Counted from the stretch's first letter, positions 11,667 to 25,029 are shown. The stretch is DNA of 58,298 nucleotides from Octopus bimaculoides (GCF_001194135.2 NC_068999.1:9182469-9240766); one strand, 5' to 3'. The notes: a model not told the origin generated them from the letters alone. Translations and numbers: made by a program.

Positions 11667-13724
11667 CGCTTCTATGCACGCGTGCCAGAGAGTCTCTGTA
11701 AAGAGATTCATAAATATATGTATGCATACACACATGCAGGTAGATAAAGTGAGAGAAATGAAAAAAAAAACCCCCAAAAAAAGAAAGAATGAGATTTTGT
11801 ATTATGAATGTATGCGTTTGCATAATTTGACGATATAGCAAGCTTACGGGGGCGGCTTATGCAACAGTTTCAGATTCTTTGTCAAAATTCGTTACCGAAA
11901 TTAACGACAACATCAACTTTATTGTGATTTAAAGTAAACACTTGTTTTAGCATAAGAATACGATGATAGTGTCACGAAAACTTCAACTGCATGAGACGCG
12001 CTCACACAAACGCACACAAACATATACACACTCGTATTCACATAAAACGAAAGCAGAAATTTAGGAAACAAAAGAATTAGCATTCAATAAATACCTTAAT
12101 ATGTATTTCGTTTTTCTTTTCATCAGAGAAAATCTTAGTATGAAATTATCCCATCTTATTACCCACTCCCCAGCCAGATTGTCTCATATTAATTTGCATA
12201 TTTTCACTGCCATTTATGTATTTTTTCTTAAAGATTATCTTTATTTTTATATTGTATATTGTGTTGTAAAATTCCTTTTTTCTCTTTTTGTCTTTTCAAA
12301 TCATTTTGCTTGGTTTACAAAAATGCTGTTTTGCATGTTCTTTCATTCAGTTGCTGTGTTATGCATTGTTATTACTAAATATCTCTTTCGCCTGCAATCT
12401 TTTATTTCTGTGTTTTATAGTTTGTTGTCATTGGTTTTGCTGCTTTGGTTTTGTTTTGTGTTCCCAGATGATTTATATATGATGGACAACAACAACAACA
12501 ACAACAACAGTTAACAATACGAACAGCAACAACGACAACAAATGAGAGAGATCGATATACAACCACATTTCAAAACAAAATACAAAGTACAAAAAAATAG
12601 CCCTTATTAACCTGCAGAAAATTTAATAAACTAAGCAACATTAGAAAATAAGATAAAACGTAAAAAAAAAATATGGAAATAAATTAAATTAAAGTAAATA
12701 TACATGAGGTAAATGAAAAATAAAAAAAAAAGAAAACGTAAGAGACAAAGAGTACTATATTTTTTCGTGCAAAACCAAAGAGAGTGAGGAATTAAGAAGG
12801 AAATATATTGGTGAAATATATTGAGAAATGGAATATTTTTCAAAGAAAATTATATCAAAATTTCAAGGAAAAATTATATATTTAAAGTCAGNNNNNNNNN
12901 NNNNNNNNNNNNNNNNNNNNNNNNNNNNNNNNNNNNNNNNNNNNNNNNNNNNNNNNNNNNNNNNNNNNNNNNNNNNNNNNNNNNNNNNNNNNNNNNNNNN
13001 NNNNNNNNNNNNNNNNNNNNNNNNNNNNNNNNNNNNNNNNNNNNNNNNNNNNNNNNNNNNNNNNNNNNNNNNNNNNNNNNNNNNNNNNNNNNNNNNNNNN
13101 NNNNNNNNNNNNNNNNNNNNNNNNNNNNNNNNNNNNNNNNNNNNNNNNNNNNNNNNNNNNNNNNNNNNNNNNNNNNNNNNNNNNNNNNNNNNNNNNNNNN
13201 NNNNNNNNNNNNNNNNNNNNNNNNNNNNNNNNNNNNNNNNNNNNNNNNNNNNNNNNNNNNNNNNNNNNNNNNNNNNNNNNNNNNNNNNNNNNNNNNNNNN
13301 NNNNNNNNNNNNNNNNNNNNNNNNNNNNNNNNNNNNNNNNNNNNNNNNNNNNNNNNNNNNNNNNNNNNNNNNNNNNNNNNNNNNNNNNNNNNNNNNNNNN
13401 NNNNNNNNNNNNNNNNNNNNNNNNNNNNNNNNNNNNNNNNNNNNNNNNNNNNNNNNNNNNNNNNNNNNNNNNNNNNNNNNNNNNNNNNNNNNNNNNNNNN
13501 NNNNNNNNNNNNNNNNNNNNNNNNNNNNNNNNNNNNNNNNNNNNNNNNNNNNNNNNNNNNNNNNNNNNNNNNNNNNNNNNNNNNNNNNNNNNNNNNNNNN
13601 NNNNNNNNNNNNNNNNNNNNNNNNNNNNNNNNNNNNNNNNNNNNNNNNNNNNNNNNNNNNNNNNNNNNNNNNNNNNNNNNNNNNNNNNNNNNNNNNNNNN
13701 NNNNNNNNNNNNNNNNNNNNNNNN

Positions 13725-13758
<34 letters not shown>

Positions 13759-13769
13759 AAGGATGCTGA

Positions 13770-14530
13770 TGTTGAAAGAATTCGTCTCACACTTGATAAC
13801 AGCTGTTCGGTATAACTTCACAAGTCAGCAATATTCGGACCTTGCAGTAGGATGTGCAGAAAGATTACGTCCCACCCGACAGCGCTTCCGTGCCTGCAGA
13901 ATTTATTTCGAACTGGCCATGCTCTTCGGTAGTACTGTCAGGCTAAGAATTTCTGGAAAGTATCTAGGGTGGCTGTTGTCGTTGTTGGCATCCTTTTGTC
14001 TCGGGAGACAATGGAGTTGCGCATGAACTAATCCAGTCTGTTTTTTACATTCCATGTCCTCTCCAGTTTTGCGCAGGCCTGGACTAGATGTAAGAAAATC
14101 CTGGGTAGACCAATCGTCAGGATTCCTCTCTCTCTCTCGACCTTGCTGACGTAGTCAAAAGGGTGTGCAGAGCATTACGTTTGGCACAAGCTTGGTTACA
14201 GGAGCTGCCGGAAGAGTGTCGAGTCGAACACTAAACCACCTATGGGGCTCCACTCCGGATTTCTTTGAAGGTTGTCTCTTTTCGGTAACCCTCGATAGGG
14301 GTCCATACCGGGTACTGTCAGCTGGAGCCAGCTGAGCCCGGGACTTGTGTCAGGCAGGGTCGTCACTCCCTAAAGTAGGGAAGAAAATCGCTACCCACTA
14401 AGGTGATAATGGGCCCGAATCTAAGGTGGTCTAATGTGGTAGTGGGCCGAAAACTCCTCCGAAATGGACCAGCTAGTTCGTCTTCGTCGATATCTGGAGT
14501 TACCCCAAGAATGTCATCGCTCTAACCTAC
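13770..14530 (-). mobile_element. Probable RTE-clade LINE 5' UTR fragment
   Basis: GC-rich, complex block unlike its surroundings. The minus strand contains GGCAGCTCCTGTAACCAAGCTTGTGCCAAACGTAATGCT...TTTGACTACGTCAGCAAGGTCGAGAGAG, which I recall as resembling RTE-type 5' UTRs. No endonuclease or RT motif found. Confidence 0.4.
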
Positions 14531-15198
14531 CACTAAATTTCTATATATTGTGAACATAAAACTTCAACTGACTGTATTGCCCAACTGCTGGAGAGCAGTG
14601 AGCGCCTGGCAATATTAAAGGTTCCAGGGGCGGATGTGTTGGTGCTAGCAGTAGTAGTAGTGGTGGTAGTGATGATGGTTGTGCTAGTAGTATTAGTAGT
14701 AGTAGTAGTTGTAGTAGTAGTAGAGATGTTATGAGCGACGTTTGTGGTGAGGTTGTTGATGACAATGATGATGATGACGACGACGGTGATGTTATTAATG
14801 AAAACATTCGCACTGCTACATACTTATACATACACTATTTTATATTGAGAATATGTTGTCTATTGACTTTTTATACATGCTAGGCCACTGGTAGTGAAAT
14901 TTCTAAAAAAAACTCATTACCCTATATATATTTTACGTATATGTTTTTAGCAATTTTTAAAAGATTAATTCGGTAGTTAATATTTTATTGCTGAATGAAA
15001 CTGCGCTTGCGCGGTAAATTTGATAAATTATAATGTATAACAAAGAGACACGTGTTAAAAAAAAGCGTAATAAAACATTATCAGACACATCGAAAATCCT
15101 ATAAGCATCAACATCAATCTGAGTAAAACTTGAAAAAAAATAAAAAAAGAAACAAACGAAAGAAGAAGAACAATAACAAAACAACAAGCAAGTATAAA

Positions 15199-15527
15199 GG
15201 AGCACTCCATCGGTTACGATGACGAGGGTCTCAGCTGATAAGATCAACGGAACAGCTTGCTTGTGAAATTAACGTGCAAGTGGCTGAGCACTCCACAGAC
15301 ACGTGTACCCTTAACGTAGTTCTCAGGGAGATTCAGCGTGACACAGAGTGTAACAAGGCCGGCCCTTTGAATTACAGGTACAACTCATTTTTGCCAGCTG
15401 AGTGGACTGGAGCAACTTACAGTAAAGTATCTTGCCCAAGGACATAACGCGACGCCGGGAATTGAACTCACGACCTTACAATCGTGAGTCGAATGCCCTA
15501 ACCACTAAGCCACGTGCCTTCACGAAA
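15199..15527 (-). mobile_element. SINE family A with 10-bp TSD
   Basis: Reverse complement shares head and 3' body with 1018-1402. Direct repeat CAAGTATAAA at 15189-15198 and 15528-15537. Confidence 0.9.
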
Positions 15528-15852
15528 CAAGTATAAAACAGCAAGCTAAACAAGAATAGTAACATCAACAACTATTAAATAAAAAAAATGAAAAGTCGAA
15601 ATAACATAGACAACAACAAGAATAACTTGCAAGTATCAAGACAAATGCGTAACTTTTCTGTAAGAAAATGACATAAATATGTAAATTTAATATATGCCAT
15701 GAATGAAAGACAAATTAGAATTATGTTTCTGTGAATAAATGGCGACGAAACGTAGAGAAATTTTATTTAAAAATAAAAATGGATAAAAAAAAAAAAAATG
15801 TCAGAAAGATCGTAGGTGAAACAATACAATAGACGAGAATTTNNNNNNNNNN

Positions 15853-15891
15853 GGAAGAAGAAGAAGAAGAATAAGTAAAAGAAGAAGCGGG

Positions 15892-15936
<45 letters not shown>

Positions 15937-16042
15937 CGACGACGACGACGATGATGATGATGATGATGATGACGATGATGATGATGACGATGATGACGAT
16001 GGTGATGATGATGAGGATGATGATGAATGTGATGATGATGAT
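15853..16042. repeat. (GAA)n then (GAT/GAC)n microsatellites
   Basis: Direct reading. Confidence 0.95.
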
Positions 16043-17406
16043 TTTGTTGATAAGTTGGTAATGAGGGGGCAATTTTTTTTTACCGATTGCATACGAAAAT
16101 GATTAATCATGCAAAATAGCATGATTATGGCATTCTTCTCATTTTATATTTTAAATCAGTAGGTTTCTTATGCAAAACTGATTTGGTTTTTATACTTATA
16201 CATACATACATACATACACATACACACATANNNNNNNNNNATATATATATATATATATATATAAATATGTATGTATAAACACAGACACACACACAGTCAC
16301 ACATACGATTATACGTATATACATTTGTACATATATTCATGTTTATGCTTATTATATATTCATGAAGCAAACATAGAACATATATACACTTATATAAATA
16401 TTCATATACGTATATATATATGTATATGTTTGTGTGTATGCGTGTGTGCATTGTGTGTTTACATGTGTAAGTGTGGAGGGTATCGACAATGAATACACAC
16501 ACACACACACACGCACAGACATAAGTACATACTCTGCTTGATTGCTTAATCTAAGAACCATTAAGAGACGATGACAGCAACGGAAAGTCTCTGACGATGA
16601 CGGCAATGGAAACGATGACGGAAATGACAAATACAAACGCAATGGTGATGACATCATCAACAATGCCATGAACAGCATAAAGTTTTGCAACAACGGTCGT
16701 GCCTTTTGGTAATTAGCTATAAAATGATGAGCGATTCGACAACGATTTGTCACGTCGTGGATTCACATTAAAGTTACAAATTTTTAGCTACGAAACTGCT
16801 TGGACTATAAACTGGATATATTTCTTAGAATTTCATGCTACGATTAATGAGCGGCCTAATTAAGATATGCAAAAATGTCGAATATAGAATATCGGGTGCG
16901 GTGGGATATTGATGAAAGAACTTAATCGATTTTCTAAATTTGAATGGTATTTCATTAAAAAACAAACAAACGCGATAGAAACGTATCTTAAGATTTTCTA
17001 AATTGAATTTAAGTTTAAAGGAAAATTAATAGAGAAATTGCTTTGCAGCTTGGGTGATATTATTAACGACGAAAATAAAAATACAACGGCAACAATGATA
17101 AATAACAACATGAACATCAAGCAAACAGCAACAGCATTAACGATAACGACCGAAACAATAGGTACGGCATTAAATAAACATAACCCTCGAGAAACAAAAT
17201 CGCCACTGACTCCATCGAGGGATAATTTTACGATATGTTTGCATGTTTAACGTTTAGTTTACACGCTGACAAACACATTTCCTTATACGTTATAGGAGCG
17301 CTTAAACAAAAACGTACAAATGGTTGTATGTATGTATGTATGTATGTATGTATGTAGATTTCCCAAGAGTTTAGAAAGCTGCCGTTTTTATTTTGCAGTG
17401 CTTTGA

Positions 17407-17514
17407 AGAAAGATTCTCTTCTTGCAGAAAGATTCTCTTCTTGCAGAAAGATTCTCTTCTTGCAGAAAGATTCTCTTCTTGCAGAAAGATTCTCTTCTTG
17501 CAGAAAGATTCTCT
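17407..17514. repeat. Perfect 19-bp minisatellite AGAAAGATTCTCTTCTTGC, 5.7 copies
   Basis: Five identical units (17407-17501) plus a 13-nt partial unit. Confidence 0.95.
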
Positions 17515-17988
17515 GGCATAGTTTTGTAAATAAAATAGTACAAGTTATGTAGAAATGCTTGTCGCTAGTACTTATTATGTCGATCGAGAGAGATAAAGAG
17601 AAGAAAGTGTTGAACAAGCTATTGTCACTTAAATACACTGACCTACATATGTCATTTCATCCCTTGATCTGTTTTGTATTTTATAAAATACTACGGAGAT
17701 GGCTAACGGCACACATGCATGTAATTCAGAATAAAGAAGCTGAATGTGAAGCTTCTGTGGCTATGATAATTTAATGGCTGGTTGGTTATTATTTATACGA
17801 TTCACAAATTGTAAAAGAACGGTGTATCAAGTGCAAGAAAAATGCTTTTTGTAAAGACACACATCAGCCTCAGGAATATTAAAGAAAATGACATTTGAAA
17901 ACGTCCTGTACAAATGAGGTTTCCATAAAAAGTACAGTATGGCAGAGATGAATCAGAACTAAACAACAACCGATCTAACTTGTTTCAG

Positions 17989-18048
17989 ATTTGACTAAAA
18001 TGTCATCAAAGATCGCAGAACTGTTGGCTGTCCACAGGGACAGAGAAA
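17989..18048 (+). CDS. Candidate exon (phase 1-1), (D)LTKMSSKIAELLAVHRDRE
   Basis: Strong acceptor ctaacttgtttcag (with branch-like CTAAC), donor AAA|gtaagc, 60 nt, open and protein-like frame. Family unknown. Confidence 0.4.
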
Positions 18049-18974
18049 GTAAGCTGTAATTTATAGTTATTTATGGAGTATATTCAATGTGAAAAGTAAG
18101 TACAATGGCTCCCCCACTGTTTAATACGATCTAAGTTTGTGAATAATGAAACAGAATTCTGTTAATATTGTATATTATATATAACGGCAGTTGATGTGTT
18201 AACTGATCTTTGAAATTAGTTTAATAGAAATGGAAATTGACAGATTGTTAACTTTTCCTGTCGATAGTGATGTGACCACGTTTCTGATAATCCAAACACG
18301 GTCTAATAGATACATACATGCATACATATATACATACATATGTGCATATATGTATATATATATATATATNNNNNNNNNNNNNNNNNNNNNNNNNNNNNNN
18401 NNNNNNNNNNNNNNNNNNNNNNNNNNNNNNNNNNNNNNNNNNNNNNNNNNNNNNNNNNNNNNNNNNNNNNNNNNNNNNNNNNNNNNNNNNNNNNNNNNNN
18501 NNNNNNNNNNNNNNNNNNNNNNNNNNNNNNNNNNNNNNNNNNNNNNNNNNNNNNNNNNNNNNNNNNNNNNNNNNNNNNNNNNNNNNNNNNNNNNNNNNNN
18601 NNNNNNNNNNNNNNNNNNNNNNNNNNNNNNNNNNNNNNNNNNNNNNNNNNNNNNNNNNNNNNNNNNNNNNNNNNNNNNNNNNNNNNNNNNNNNNNNNNNN
18701 NNNNNNNNNNNNNNNNNNNNNNNNNNNNNNNNNNNNNNNNNNNNNNNNNNNNNNNNNNNNNNNNNNNNNNNNNNNNNNNNNNNNNNNNNNNNNNNNNNNN
18801 NNNNNNNNNNNTATATATACATACATACATACATACATACATACATACATACATACATACATAAATTTTTGCCTGAGAAATACATACCTATATAAAAATG
18901 AGGAAGGGCATATTTTCTTTTCGCTTCATAGGCTCATGAGACCGTCTCTCAGGTTCTGTGGCGACAGATTTCCA

Positions 18975-19117
18975 ATTTTTGCTCGATGATTGAACTGGAG
19001 CAGCGTATATTGAGGTGTTTTACTCAAGAACAAAACCCATCGATCGCACAAGGTATCAAAACCACAACTCTACGATCATGAGTAGAATACACTAACTACT
19101 AAACCACGACGCTCCAT
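18975..19117 (-). mobile_element. SINE family A-like head fragment, degenerate
   Basis: Aligns by eye to 15390-15523 (GACTGGAGCAAC...CAAGGAC...ACGATCGTGAG...AACCACTAAGCCACG). Confidence 0.6.
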
Positions 19118-19129
19118 GTATATCTGTCT

Positions 19130-19207
19130 ATATATCTATGTCTGACTATCTATCTATCGATCTATCTATTTATCTATTTATCATCTATCTGTCTGTTTGC
19201 CTGTCTG

Positions 19208-19239
<32 letters not shown>

Positions 19240-19307
19240 ACTATCTATCTATCTATCTATCTATCTGTCTGTCTGTCTATCTGTATATCTGTCTATCTGT
19301 CTATCTG

Positions 19308-19364
<57 letters not shown>

Positions 19365-19410
19365 TTATCATCTATCTGTCTGTTTGCCTGTCTGTCTATC
19401 TATCTATATA
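19130..19410. repeat. (TATC/TGTC)n tetranucleotide array
   Basis: Direct reading. Confidence 0.95.
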
Positions 19411-19504
19411 TATGCATACATACATGCATATCTATACGTACACACGCTGAAACACACACGTATACATACATGCATCTATGCATGCATCACACACGCACAT
19501 ACAT

Positions 19505-19558
<54 letters not shown>

Positions 19559-20000
19559 GCTTATACGTAGACACTTAATACATAAATTCAAAGACAGAGT
19601 CTTACACGCGTGCATTGGGTAAGGAATGGAGCGGTGACTACTGGTGTGAGAGAAAGAAGAGGGTCCTTCTTAGTTTTAATGACTAAATAATCAATATTTA
19701 TCTTGCAGGCAAGCACAGAGATTTTGCATCGTCTATTGTTTGAGCCGTGGTATTGTTTCATTAGTGGAGTTTCAGCTAATTGCCTTGTTGGCTGCTCTAT
19801 AGTCAATGCGGTTTAAAATCCCAGGAAAATCCTACACTGCTTCTACTAATTCAAACTGACATACACACGTTTGCTTTACACCTCCTACCCCGACTGCGTC
19901 TATACCTATTTCTACTTTCACTATCGTTTATTACCAGCCGAAAGTCCAGTGGAATATAGTTTTTTTATTATTTTTGATATAATTATAAATATGATACCAG

Positions 20001-20033
20001 GTGCGTATTCTCAACTTCTGGTTCAAAATGTTG
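20001..20033 (+). CDS. Candidate micro-exon (phase 1-1), (S)AYSQLLVQNV
   Basis: ataccag acceptor (weak pyrimidine tract), TTG|gtaagg donor. Frame-compatible with 17989-18048. Confidence 0.2.
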
Positions 20034-20551
20034 GTAAGGGAAGACTCAATGATCTAATTAAGAATATTCTGATAGCTTATTTGCCAGCAGTTTGTATTGC
20101 TTATGGATAAATCTATAATGACGATCTTGCTCGGTGTATCCGACACTAGATAGATACAGAGACATTTAGTTGATGTCTTCATAACGGTGTGTGATAGCCA
20201 GCTGCAGAGAAGAGGAGGAAGGAGAATGCATACAGAAATACTGAGGTAGTTAGATATAGGAATAGATAGATAGACAATAATGTTTAGAGAGGAAGAGAGG
20301 TAGAGAGGGGGGATTGAGAGGGGGAAGGAGAGAGGAGAGAGTGAGGGGGAGAGAGGGAGAGAGAAGGAGATGGGAGAGAGGGGAGAAACGGAGTGAGTGA
20401 GAGACGGAGAGAGAGAAAGAATATTACAGACAGTCAGGTAGACAGACAGATGGATAGAAATATTCATAGATAGATAGATAGCTAGCTAGCTAGCTAGATA
20501 GATAAATAAATAGATAGATAGATACATAGATAGATAGATAGACAGATAGAC

Positions 20552-20585
<34 letters not shown>

Positions 20586-21091
20586 TAAGCAAGAAAGTAG
20601 GATCAAAATTTAAACAGAAAAAAAAACTTCAAGGGTGAGGAGAAAAATTTCAAAGATATGGAGAAAGAAAAACAGAAAGGAAGAAAGTTTTATACGATGA
20701 GAAAAAAACAAAAAACAGAACAAATAAAAACGAAAAGAAACAAAGCTACTTATAAATAAATGGAATATTCTGATGTTAAGAGGTAGATTTGGCGAAATAT
20801 AGGGGGAAAGTCAATGAAGAAGAAGCGTAATGGAAAGACAACTCTGGAAAGAAAGAGAATTAAGAAAGAAAATGAACCATAAACGAAGATTAGTGAAGAG
20901 AATGAGGGAGAAAGAAGATGACTGAGTGACCGACGGACCCTGTGTCAAATATGGCAAGAAGGATAACAAGATAGTAGACTGGACATGCAGATTATATAGG
21001 GAGATAGGGTAATACAATGATTTCGTGATAAATATTTGTTGGTACTTACTGAACTTTGGTAACATAGATGATGCTTTTGGTAAATTAAACT

Positions 21092-21845
21092 GGGGCTAAT
21101 GCAGTTTCGCATCTCTCCTTGAAAAATGCATATCTTTTTGAAAATCGTTTTTTGGATTCCCACGTTTCAGATGGCGGAGTTTATGAATATGCAAAAACAA
21201 AAAAAAAAGAAAAGAAATTTAACCCTACCCCTTTAAAATTTTGAGCTCTTTCGAAAATGTTTTCCCCCTATGTTTTAGATGGCGGAGATTCGGAATATGC
21301 AAGAAACCAGATTTTCAAGATTTAAATTCAGTAAGCATATAGATATGTGTATAAAGACAGATATGAATGTCTTCCTGGGGCTAAAAGCAACAGTTACACC
21401 GTCTTCTATAGGACCGCCACATTTAGTTGACAAATATATTTTATGAATAAACGGACAGGGATAAATACATAGACAGATAGATAAATAAATGGATGAAAAT
21501 TTAAAAAAAAAAAAAAATTGGGGGAGGGTGAAATTTGAGCCCCTTATTAAACTTTATAACATTATTTAGTAAACATTAATGTTTGTTTCTCATAAATGGT
21601 GAATATTTATTTACATTANNNNNNNNNNTTTTGTCTGCATTTGGTTTCGATTTGCAGATGTTTATCAAATCGCTACGAACACTTCAAAGTAAACAGAATC
21701 AAAAATTTAAATGGAGAGAGAGGTGGGGGTTAGTTTTTTTTTTTGTATAATTGTCATCTCCGACATCTAAAGCGTAGGAATCCCAAATTTTTTTTTTCCC
21801 CAAAAATGCATTTTTCAATGAGAGATGCGAAACTGCATTAGCCCC
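21092..21845. mobile_element. MITE with long terminal inverted repeats
   Basis: GGGGCTAATGCAGTTTCGCATCTCTCCTTGAAAAATGCAT (21092-21131) matches the reverse complement of 21806-21845 at 39/40. Imperfect inversion continues inward (GGATTCCCACGTTTCAGATGGCGGAG vs GGATTCCTACGCTTTAGATGTCGGAG). TTAA lies near both ends. No ORF. Confidence 0.85.
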
Positions 21846-23012
21846 GTTAAACAAATATGGAAAGGAAGTACGGTCATATATATTATATGATATATAACAT
21901 ACGTTTATATATATATAGTTGTTATTTATCCTTTGCCTTCTCGTTCTACGTTTTCCCTCAGCCTTCTTGTTTTGTGACGTGGTTTCTCATATACCAGCGC
22001 CCTGGTTCTCAAAGAAAAGAAATCAGGTGTTCAGAGCCTAAATATTGCTTGGGGACAGACGATGCGTTGAAAAACGTTCCTGAACACGTGTTTTAATGAC
22101 TTTTTTATTTTATATAACGTACATTATATCATAGGTATTAATATATATGCATGTATATATGTGTATGTATCTTCGCCTTTCACTATGTATGCATTTATAT
22201 ATATATATATACACACACGGTGCGTAAAATATTTGAGGACAAACAGATATATAATAACTATGGATTCGTCTTCATTCCGATGGATGCATTTTCATATCAT
22301 ACGCACACACATACACAGACACACGTGAACACACACTCATATATTTATATATACACACACATACATATTCGCTTATTATTCGCTCTTTATTTCTGTTGTA
22401 ACGAGTTGACTCTCAGGTTTTGCACTTTTACATCCTTAGTCTACGTGATTTGATGAAGCTTCCTCTAAACTGCAACTACCCAGTACTATGTACACACATG
22501 CATATATGCATACTCACACACTCACACAAACATACACGCACCTACCACACAGACACACTCATACACACGCATATGTGTGTATATACCATTACATACAAAA
22601 CTACGTACATTCGTACACAAACACAAAGAAACGTACGTAAAAATACACCTACGTACCGACATGCATAGATGTATAGATATAAAATCATGGATACATACAG
22701 ATACCAGAACGATACACACATGTCGGCAGCACCACGAGTTCGTCGCAGTCTGTTATCAATCAGGTGATACTGTGTTTAGTTATAAATTCATAAAATATTT
22801 GTATTTGATATATATAGGTTGAAAACAGCTACAACACGATCGTTATGAGATGAAAGCAAATCATGGTATCGATATTTATAGTGTTTGTGATATACAATTT
22901 CATAGCAATCTGATTCCCTACCGTATTGGTTGCAATTATTGAATTATATCTCTCGTACAAATAGAGTATTAGAAACATAATCCATCTGTACGAAGACGTA
23001 TCCTTATGTGTG

Positions 23013-23068
<56 letters not shown>

Positions 23069-24186
23069 NNNNNNNNNNNNNNNNNNNNNNNNNNNNNNNN
23101 NNNNNNNNNNNNNNNNNNNNNNNNNNNNNNNNNNNNNNNNNNNNNNNNNNNNNNNNNNNNNNNNNNNNNNNNNNNNNNNNNNNNNNNNNNNNNNNNNNNN
23201 NNNNNNNNNNNNNNNNNNNNNNNNNNNNNNNNNNNNNNNNNNNNNNNNNNNNNNNNNNNNNNNNNNNNNNNNNNNNNNNNNNNNNNNNNNNNNNNNNNNN
23301 NNNNNNNNNNNNNNNNNNNNNNNNNNNNNNNNNNNNNNNNNNNNNNNNNNNNNNNNNNNNNNNNNNNNNNNNNNNNNNNNNNNNNNNNNNNNNNNNNNNN
23401 NNNNNNNNNNNNNNNNNNNNNNNNNNNNNNNNNNNNNNNNNNNNNNNNNNNNNNNNNNNNNNNNNNNNNNNNNNNNNNNNNNNNNNNNNNNNNNNNNNNN
23501 NNNNNNNNNNNNNNNNNNNNNNNNNNNNNNNNNNNNNNNNNNNNNNNNNNNNNNNNNNNNNNNNNNNNNNNNNNNNNNNNNNNNNNNNNNNNNNNNNNNN
23601 NNNNNNNNNNNNNNNNNNNNNNNNNNNNNNNNNNNNNNNNNNNNNNNNNNNNNNNNNNNNNNNNNNNNNNNNNNNNNNNNNNNNNNNNNNNNNNNNNNNN
23701 NNNNNNNNNNNNNNNNNCTGTATAAACAATGATCTCGAAGATGTGATAGTCGTTGCTTTGAAACATCTTTGATCTTAAATCTTTTCAGTTGGTGCTTATC
23801 CGTTACTAAAGGAAAACAGCAACAACTAATATTAGAAGTTTACAGGTAATCTAAATTGCTTACCATATCTTCTAATAATAACTTCCTTATAATAATGTTC
23901 AATATATATTGTAGAGGAAATCCTTGCTAGCTTCATTCGATGTAATACACAACGTATATCTATGTATTCGTTCTCTTAAAGATGAGGAATAAATAAAACC
24001 AGCTTCCCTGCAGTATATGAAATTAGAGAATAGAAACAAGTATTGTAAATAGCATAGCGAAAATGAAACTACATGATGCTCAACCATTTCAGTAATACTT
24101 ATTTTCAGACTTTGCTATGCTGTCATAAATGTTAAAGAACAGTGGTACTGTCGATAGAAAAAAAGGTTTATTATTCTGTCTGTAGT

Positions 24187-24562
24187 AAGGCGGTGAGCTG
24201 GCAGAATTGTTAACACGCTGGGCAAAATGCTTACCAGTAATCTATCTGTCTTTATGTTCTGAGTTCAAATTCCGCTGAGGTCGACTTTGGTTTTCATCCT
24301 TTTGGGGTCGATAAATTAAGTACCAGTTGCGTAATGAGGTCGATCGAATCGACTTGCTCCAAATTTTCGGGCCTTGTGCCTAGAGTAGAAATGAATCGTT
24401 AGCACGCCGGGCCAAATGCTTGGTGGTATTTCATCTGTCTTTATGTTCTGAGTTCAGATTCCGTCGAGGTCGACTTTGCCTTATATCCTTTCAAGGTCGA
24501 TAAATTAAGTACCAGTTGCGTACTGGAGCCGATCTAATCGACTGGCACCCTCCCTCAAAAAG
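24187..24562 (+). mobile_element. Head-to-tail dimer of family B SINEs
   Basis: Full copy 24187-24393 is joined directly to a copy lacking its first ~17 nt (GAATCGTTAGCACG...). Confidence 0.9.
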
Positions 24563-25029
24563 CTTTCTGTGATCAAAGCGGCCCGCGATGTAATTCGATT
24601 TGGCCAGGCCTACTCTAGATACTATCACTGCCGACGTGGGGCTTTCGTACTCAATAATTACTTCTTAATATACAACCAAGGATCTAATTTGTGGGTGAAT
24701 ATAGTCGATTATATTGATCCTTGGAATTTCGAATCACAACCTGATATCCATCCAGGAAGGATACAAGAAAGTAAATTTAGTGTGATTTGAATAATCGCCT
24801 AAAGCTAACCTAGCAGTTAGTAAAATACTCTAAATTCATTTTTATCTGCTGTCGAGCAGCTTCCATACGCAATATTTATTTATTAATACTTATTTGTTAA
24901 TATATAATATTTTCCTTGGGCACAAGAACCCATTGGGCTCGTTACGGCGTTTGCATGACGTATGAATGACCGACATGGCAACATTCCTCTCATTGGGACG
25001 CCAGTCCGTTGCAGGGTTCAAGACCAGAT

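Noticed and set aside
17407-17514. CRISPR-like array
   Set aside because: Units are contiguous with no spacers, the context is eukaryotic, and there are no cas genes.
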